From Candidatus Nitrosopumilus koreensis AR1 (GTDB taxonomy: Archaea > Thermoproteota > Nitrososphaeria > Nitrososphaerales > Nitrosopumilaceae), in the NCBI RefSeq assembly GCF_000299365.1, contig NC_018655.1, positions 720,001-752,000 on the forward strand: DNA of 32,000 nucleotides, read 5' to 3'. A program made the position numbers and the translations under genes. Below are positions 26,990-32,000 of the stretch, in pieces (within the stretch, counting starts at the first letter, position 1; each line of letters starts with the position of its first letter). Below the pieces are notes generated by a model. That model was not told the DNA's origin and ran no database searches. It was given only the letters and a program-made list of their open reading frames with translations.

Positions 26990-27988
26990 TTAAGGAATCT
27001 TGATTTTTTCTAGTATTTTTTGTATCACGTTATCAGATGTTATTTCTTCAGATTCTGCCTCATAGGTCAAAATTATTCTGTGTCGTAAAACATCATATGT
27101 AACATCTTGAACATCTTCAGGAATTACATATCCTCGTCCATGTAACAAGGCATTTGCTTTTGCAGAAATTGTTAACCAGATTGAGGCTCTAGGAGAAGCT
27201 CCATATTCTATTTGATCAGTTAAAGGAAGATCATACTTTTCAGGAAATCTTGTAGCATCAACAATTTGTGAAATATATTTTCGAATTTTCTCATCAGCAT
27301 AAATTTTTGGTACAAATTGCTGCATTTGCAATAATTCTTCGGCAGACATAATTTTTGCAGCATTATATGAAATTCCTTCAGTAAATCTTTGGATTATTTC
27401 AGATTCTTGTTCTATGTTTGGATATGTGATTAAAAGCTTGAACATGAAACGGTCCACTTGTGCCTCAGGTAATTTGTAAGTGCCTTCGGATTCTACTGGA
27501 TTTTGTGTAGCCATTACAAAAAAAGGCTGTTCTAATGGATATGTTTCGCCTTGAATGCTAACTTGATGTTCTTGCATTGCTTCAAGTAATGCCGATTGTA
27601 CCTTTGGAGGGGCACGATTTATCTCATCTGCAAGTATAAAATTTGAGAATATTGGTCCCTTTATTGTCTTAAAAGATGTGGATTCATGATCATAAATTTT
27701 AGTTCCTGTAATGTCTGCAGGTAAAAGATCTGGGGTGAATTGCAATCTAACGAATTTAGAATCAATGCAGTCAGACAAAGTTTGGACAAGTAATGTTTTG
27801 GCCAAACCAGGAACCCCCTCAAGCAAAACATGACCTTTTGATAGTAATGCAATCACTAGTTTTCTAATAATTTGATCTTGACCTACAATTATTTTTGAGA
27901 TTTCCTTTTGGAGGTTTTTAAGAGGTATGGAGAAATCTTCAGCTTGATTAGTTAATGTGTTAATTTCTTGACTCATGGTTTCCACCAA
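26990..27988 (-). CDS. MoxR-family AAA+ ATPase
   Basis: GHVLLEGVPGLAKTLL (Walker A), FILADEINRAPPKVQSALLEAMQE (Walker B), FFVMATQNPVESEGTYKLPEAQVDRFMFKL. Confidence 0.96.
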   Translation of the reverse strand: MVETMSQEINTLTNQAEDFSIPLKNLQKEISKIIVGQDQIIRKLVIALLSKGHVLLEGVPGLAKTLLVQTLSDCIDSKFVRLQFTPDLLPADITGTKIYDHESTSFKTIKGPIFSNFILADEINRAPPKVQSALLEAMQEHQVSIQGETYPLEQPFFVMATQNPVESEGTYKLPEAQVDRFMFKLLITYPNIEQESEIIQRFTEGISYNAAKIMSAEELLQMQQFVPKIYADEKIRKYISQIVDATRFPEKYDLPLTDQIEYGASPRASIWLTISAKANALLHGRGYVIPEDVQDVTYDVLRHRIILTYEAESEEITSDNVIQKILEKIKIP

Positions 27989-28056
27989 ATATGCTAGTTT
28001 TCAGGAAAAATATTTAAAAATTACTGAACAAAATTAAAAAATTTTAAAAATAGTTA

Positions 28057-28152
28057 TTCACAAATCAATAGTCATTTTACAAACAAAGACTCAAGAAAGA
28101 TCATGATATTTAGATTCATGACTCTTGGTTCACAGACCAATAGTCGCTTTAC
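28057..28152. repeat. Two direct copies of TTCACARAYCAATAGTCRYTTTAC
   Basis: 28057-28080 and 28129-28152, 20/24 identical, 72-nt offset, upstream of the MoxR gene. Confidence 0.6.
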
Positions 28153-28244
28153 GGGTATTGGCTTAATGTTGGCTGTTTTATGTTAAATTAAAACTATGTA
28201 AGATTAAGGGAATGTTTCAACATGAATCATAACAATAATGGAAA

Positions 28245-28277
28245 GGTTAACCCTGATTGGTAATGGGGGTTAACAGT
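28245..28277. promoter_or_regulatory. GGTTAACC-N15-GGTTAACAGT bipartite element, site B
   Basis: TTAACC at 28247-28252 and GGTTAA at 28268-28273 with a 15-nt spacer; abuts the bioA stop codon. Confidence 0.5.
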
Positions 28278-29590
28278 CAGATTACCTGTGATTTTGCGCC
28301 TTGTATTGTCTTAATGGTGCGTTTTAGGAGCATGTCTAGTTCTTTTTCAGATATTGCCAAAGGTGGAACAAGCATGACTATGTTACCTAAAGTACGAAGA
28401 TAGATTCCATTCTTTTTACCCTCTTCGTAGAATATCTTATTGATTGATTTTTTAGGATGAATTGGAGTTTTCTTCTTTCTATCTGTGACCAGTTCTATTC
28501 CCATTAACATTCCTTTATGTCTGATATCTCCCACAATATCAATTTCTGAAATCTCATTGTAGTACTTTTCAAATATTTTGGATGTCTTTTGAATTTTTTT
28601 GATCAGATTATTTTTTTGATACATTTTGATATTCTCATTTGCAACTGCTGCTGCAAGAGGGTTTCCAGTGTAGGTGTGTCCGTGAAAGAGATGTTTCCAA
28701 TCATTAAATTCTCCTGAAAATGAATCATATACTTTTTTGTTTGCAAGAGTTGCAGCCATTGTAAGATAACCCCCTGTTAACATTTTTCCATATGCCACAA
28801 TGTCGGGGATAGATTTTTGTTCTTCATATTGTGTCATCGATCCCAATCTTCCAAAACCAGTTGCAATTTCATCTAAGACAAACAACACATCATATTTTTT
28901 ACATAGTTGGCTAATTTTATTTTGAAAGCCTTTTGGATATATAATGACTCCTCCCGCTACTTGTGCACCGCTTTCCATTACAAATGCTGCAATGTTTTTA
29001 TTTTTTGAAAATTTATTTTCAATTTTTTCAAGACATTGATTTTGATAATCAGAAATTGTAACTCCTTTTGGTAATTTGTATTTTTTTGGAACTTGGAATT
29101 GTATTGTTTTGAATAGTTGTTTTTTGAATTTGCCAAAAAATTCTGGTACATATCCTACAGCCATTGCACCAAATGTATCTCCATGATATCCGTTTTCTAC
29201 TGTAGCAATCTCTGTTTTTTCAATTCCTTTATTTTTCCAATATTGTAGCGCAATTTTGATTGCAATTTCCATTGCTGAAGATCCATTGTCTGAAAAAAAT
29301 ACCTTGTGCATCCCAGGCGACATTTTTACAAGACTGTCTGCTAGTTTCTCTGCAGGCTCATTTGTGATGTTAAACATTGAAGAATGTTGTAGTTTTTTAC
29401 TCTGATTTGTGATTGCTTTGACTAGTTGAGGATTAGAATGGCCCCACACATTACACCACATCGAGGCTACAGCATCTATCATTTTATGGCCTTTTGAGTC
29501 AATTAACCACACTCCTTTGGCATTGGTAATTTTATCAAAAGTGCTCCATTCTTTCATCTGAGTGTTTGGGTGCCAAACAGAACTTTTCAA
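28277..29590 (-). CDS. bioA: Adenosylmethionine-8-amino-7-oxononanoate aminotransferase
   Basis: SVWHPNTQMKEW, HSSMFNITNEPAEKLA, VFFSDNGSSAMEIAIKIALQYWKNKG, ATVENGYHGDTFGAMAVG, LLFVLDEIATGFGRLG, HGHTYTGNPLAAAVA. Confidence 0.96.
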   Translation of the reverse strand: MKSSVWHPNTQMKEWSTFDKITNAKGVWLIDSKGHKMIDAVASMWCNVWGHSNPQLVKAITNQSKKLQHSSMFNITNEPAEKLADSLVKMSPGMHKVFFSDNGSSAMEIAIKIALQYWKNKGIEKTEIATVENGYHGDTFGAMAVGYVPEFFGKFKKQLFKTIQFQVPKKYKLPKGVTISDYQNQCLEKIENKFSKNKNIAAFVMESGAQVAGGVIIYPKGFQNKISQLCKKYDVLFVLDEIATGFGRLGSMTQYEEQKSIPDIVAYGKMLTGGYLTMAATLANKKVYDSFSGEFNDWKHLFHGHTYTGNPLAAAVANENIKMYQKNNLIKKIQKTSKIFEKYYNEISEIDIVGDIRHKGMLMGIELVTDRKKKTPIHPKKSINKIFYEEGKKNGIYLRTLGNIVMLVPPLAISEKELDMLLKRTIKTIQGAKSQVI

Positions 29591-29619
29591 CAGATTTCAT
29601 ATAATTTCAGATCTTAATA

Positions 29620-29637
29620 ATTAACCGATGAGTTAAT
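29620..29637. promoter_or_regulatory. Perfect short inverted repeat ATTAAC-N6-GTTAAT in the bioA/bioD divergent promoter region
   Basis: attaac cgatga gttaat, 29620-29637. Confidence 0.4.
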
Positions 29638-29660
29638 CAATAGATTCTTCTAAAAATTAT

Positions 29661-30347
29661 TTGTTGAAATCCCTCTTTATTGCAGGAACTGATACTGATG
29701 TTGGAAAAACCTACATTACTGCAGGTCTTGCAGTTGCACTTCGTAAAATGAATGTGGATGTTGGTGTAATGAAACCTTTTGCAGCTGGCACTGCACAGAA
29801 AAAAGGCTACAAGTCTGAAGATGTTGAAATCTTATCTAATGCTGCTCAAACTTTTGATTCTGAAAATTTGGTAAACCCTCAATTCTTTCCAATCCCTGCA
29901 TCTCCATACACTGCTTGGAAAAATCTAAAAATAAAACCCAAAATTTCTACGGTATTATCTAGTTTCAAAAAACTATCAAAATTACATGACTTGATTCTTG
30001 TTGAGGGTATGGGGGGAATAATGACGCCCATTCTCAAAAACTATTACATCACAAATCTGATTAAAGAAATGAGTATTCCAACTGTAATTGTAACTAGAAG
30101 TAAAATTGGAACTGTAAACCACACTGTAATGACAACAGAGATGTGTAAAAAATATAAAATTCCAATCAAAGGAATAATAATTAATGATTTTGATACTGGC
30201 TATCCTGTTAAAGAGTTGACAAGAGACTTGCAAAATCTTACAGGAGTTAAAGTATTAGGTTCGATTCCTTTCATTAAAGACATGGGCGATAGTTCACTGA
30301 ATAATATTTTCAAAAAGAATATTGATTTGAAATCATTAGTAAAATGA
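29661..30347 (+). CDS. bioD: Dethiobiotin synthetase (TTG start)
   Basis: LFIAGTDTDVGKTYITAGLAVALRKMNVDVGVMKPFAAG; LILVEGMGGIMTP; GIIINDFD. Confidence 0.94.
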   Translation: MLKSLFIAGTDTDVGKTYITAGLAVALRKMNVDVGVMKPFAAGTAQKKGYKSEDVEILSNAAQTFDSENLVNPQFFPIPASPYTAWKNLKIKPKISTVLSSFKKLSKLHDLILVEGMGGIMTPILKNYYITNLIKEMSIPTVIVTRSKIGTVNHTVMTTEMCKKYKIPIKGIIINDFDTGYPVKELTRDLQNLTGVKVLGSIPFIKDMGDSSLNNIFKKNIDLKSLVK

Positions 30348-30749
30348 TTATGAATAATATTCTTTGAATCCCTTATCTGTGGAATACAGTTCAATTTTTG
30401 GGCCAAACATTCCTTGTTTTTCTATTACTTTGATGAGACCTTTATTCTCTAATTCTTGCAAAATCAAATCAAGTTCTTTGTTTTCCATTTTTACTGATCT
30501 TTGAATTTTCTCAAATGTGTTTGCCCCTTGATGCATTATCCCTAAAACTTGCATATCTTTTGTTTGTGGCTTTAGTGGTTCTTGTTTAGTGTTGAATTCT
30601 GTTTTTTGTGTCTCTTGATAAGGCATATCTTGTGTTCTGTAATTGTCATTGCTTTGACTTCTTTTTCGAATCAGTCTTGGAATTATTCTTGATAGTGGAA
30701 TTGCTAAGAAAATAAGTAGATAAATCCAAGAAAAATTTGGGTCTGCCAT
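30348..30749 (-). CDS. Membrane-anchored winged-helix-like hypothetical protein
   Basis: N-terminal TM WIYLLIFLAIPLSRIIPRLI; C-terminal GANTFEKIQRSVKMENKELDLILQELENKGLIKVIEKQGMFGPKIELY looks like a wHTH. Confidence 0.6.
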   Translation of the reverse strand: MADPNFSWIYLLIFLAIPLSRIIPRLIRKRSQSNDNYRTQDMPYQETQKTEFNTKQEPLKPQTKDMQVLGIMHQGANTFEKIQRSVKMENKELDLILQELENKGLIKVIEKQGMFGPKIELYSTDKGFKEYYS

Positions 30750-30841
30750 AAATTATCTGAGTGTTCTTGAGATAAATTTGTTCATTTTATGACAATGTTG
30801 ATGTCTGACACTACCGATGGTATAATAGTAGTAATCGCATA

Positions 30842-31714
30842 GTGGAATGGATGTCCAAGTATCAATCACCAAAAATGTCAGTTAACATTAATGCTGCCAA
30901 AGGTGTTGTGATTGGAATTATTATTTTGATCATCATAGGTGTTGTAGCTACAGCATCCGTCAAGATTGTAGAGGCAGGACACAGAGGGGTATTGTTACAC
31001 TGGAATGCAGTTGATTTAACCCAACCTCCGCTTGAAGAAGGTCTGCATTTTGTAGTTCCATTTCAAGACGAAGTAGTCAATATTGAAGTTCGTACGCTGA
31101 AATATGCAAATGATGCAAGAAGTGCATCCAGAGATCTGCAAACCGTAGAAACAACTGTTACAGTAAACTATCATCCTGATAAAGAATCAGTACACACACT
31201 ATACAAAAATCTTGGATTGGATTATGAAGATAGAGTGATTCAACCTGCAATTGAAGAAACTGTGAAACAAGTAACTGCACGATATAATGCTGAAGAGTTA
31301 ATCACAAAAAGACCTCTAGTTAAAGACGATATTGAATCTTCTATTCGTGACAGATTAAATCAATTCAATGTGGTGACAGAAGTTATTTCCATTACTGACT
31401 TTGAATTCTCACCATTATTTGCTCAAGCTATTGAATCAAAAGTAGAAGCAGAGCAAAATGCACTCAAGGCAGAAAATGATTTGAGACGAATTGAGGTGGA
31501 GGCAAGACAACGTGAGGCAAACGCCATTGGTCTTGCCAATGCAAATATTGCAGAAGCCAAAGGTGAGGCCGAAGCTATCGCAATTATTAACAAAGCACTT
31601 TCTGAGAATCCAAACTATCTGGAATGGCTAAAAACACAAGCCTGGGATGGAAAGTTGCCCCTGGTAGTCGGTGAAGGTGGAACTCCATTTATTCAGATAC
31701 CTGTGAATCCCTAG
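30842..31714 (+). CDS. SPFH/prohibitin-like membrane protein
   Basis: TM VVIGIIILIIIGVVATAS; VEAGHRGVLLHWNAVD...LEEGLHFVVPFQDEVVNIEVRTLKY; EAIAIINKALSENPNYLEWLKTQAW. Confidence 0.92.
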   Translation: MEWMSKYQSPKMSVNINAAKGVVIGIIILIIIGVVATASVKIVEAGHRGVLLHWNAVDLTQPPLEEGLHFVVPFQDEVVNIEVRTLKYANDARSASRDLQTVETTVTVNYHPDKESVHTLYKNLGLDYEDRVIQPAIEETVKQVTARYNAEELITKRPLVKDDIESSIRDRLNQFNVVTEVISITDFEFSPLFAQAIESKVEAEQNALKAENDLRRIEVEARQREANAIGLANANIAEAKGEAEAIAIINKALSENPNYLEWLKTQAWDGKLPLVVGEGGTPFIQIPVNP

Positions 31715-31724
31715 TCTTTGAAAA

Positions 31725-32000
31725 TCAATTGTTTTGTTTTTCTCTAAGTATATCAAACATTGCTAGGAACTGATCTGGTTCATTTTGCCTGTAATGTTTT
31801 TCTAAATTCTGAATCTCTTTATGTGATTTTTTTTCATTTTTTTGTTCATAATACTCTTTGATGATTTGTGATGGTGTTTTTGTTATGTTGTATTTTTGTA
31901 GTGTTTGGTTTACTGATCTTTTACAAAGATAATCATACAGAGCATATTTGTACACTATATACCCTGTTAACCCTACTATTGCAACAATAATTATCGGTAT
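31725..32000 (-). CDS. Hypothetical protein with N-terminal TM helix, extending past the window edge
   Basis: The tracked ORF begins at a GTG (31955), but the same frame stays open to 32000, encoding IPIIIVAIVGLTGYIVYKYALYDYLCK..., so the true start is probably outside the window. Confidence 0.5.
   Translation of the reverse strand: MPIIIVAIVGLTGYIVYKYALYDYLCKRSVNQTLQKYNITKTPSQIIKEYYEQKNEKKSHKEIQNLEKHYRQNEPDQFLAMFDILREKQNN

Noticed and set aside
29982-30406. Minus-strand ORFs 29982..30233 and 30200..30406
   Set aside because: Antisense to bioD or overlapping its end. No domain signature.
1-32000. Mobile elements, prophage, restriction-modification or known defence cassettes
   Set aside because: No transposase, integrase, phage structural, methylase or nuclease defence genes recognised. 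The MoxR/vWA operon is the only gene set with a loose link to such systems, and evidence is insufficient to call it defence.

Overview
The window looks like chromosomal DNA from an AT-rich, Nitrosopumilus/Nitrosarchaeum-type Thaumarchaeon. This is inferred from protein character only; no database search was run. Contents: purC, an ArsR-like regulator, a PPOX-fold protein and a Lys/Ala-repeat H1-like protein; tRNA-Asn; a long minus-strand ribosomal cluster (L6, S8, S14, L5, S4e, L24, L14, S17, Rnp1, L29, S3, L22, S19, L23, L4, L3) followed by a SPOUT-type methyltransferase and proteasome alpha; a Snf7/CdvB-like gene; a thioredoxin-fold plus CcdA pair resembling a split DipZ; biotin genes bioF/bioB and bioA/bioD; a MoxR / DUF58 / vWA / Gln-rich membrane protein operon between the two biotin pairs; and an SPFH/prohibitin-like gene. 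Main second-look items: (1) two matching GGTTAACC-N15-GGTTAACAGT elements flanking the MoxR operon, resembling BirA operators; (2) four copies of a 24-30 bp palindrome centred on TCGA, all within 3.1-7.5 kb; (3) a cluster of TAGGCAC words and C6/G6 runs in a gene-poor 5.1-6.2 kb gap that also holds small ORFs; (4) a homopolymer frameshift near 556-562; (5) rps14 and several small membrane ORFs missing from the ORF track; (6) a ribosomal cluster lacking rpl2 between L23 and S19; (7) a split DipZ-like pair. No CRISPR array, transposase or rRNA gene was seen.
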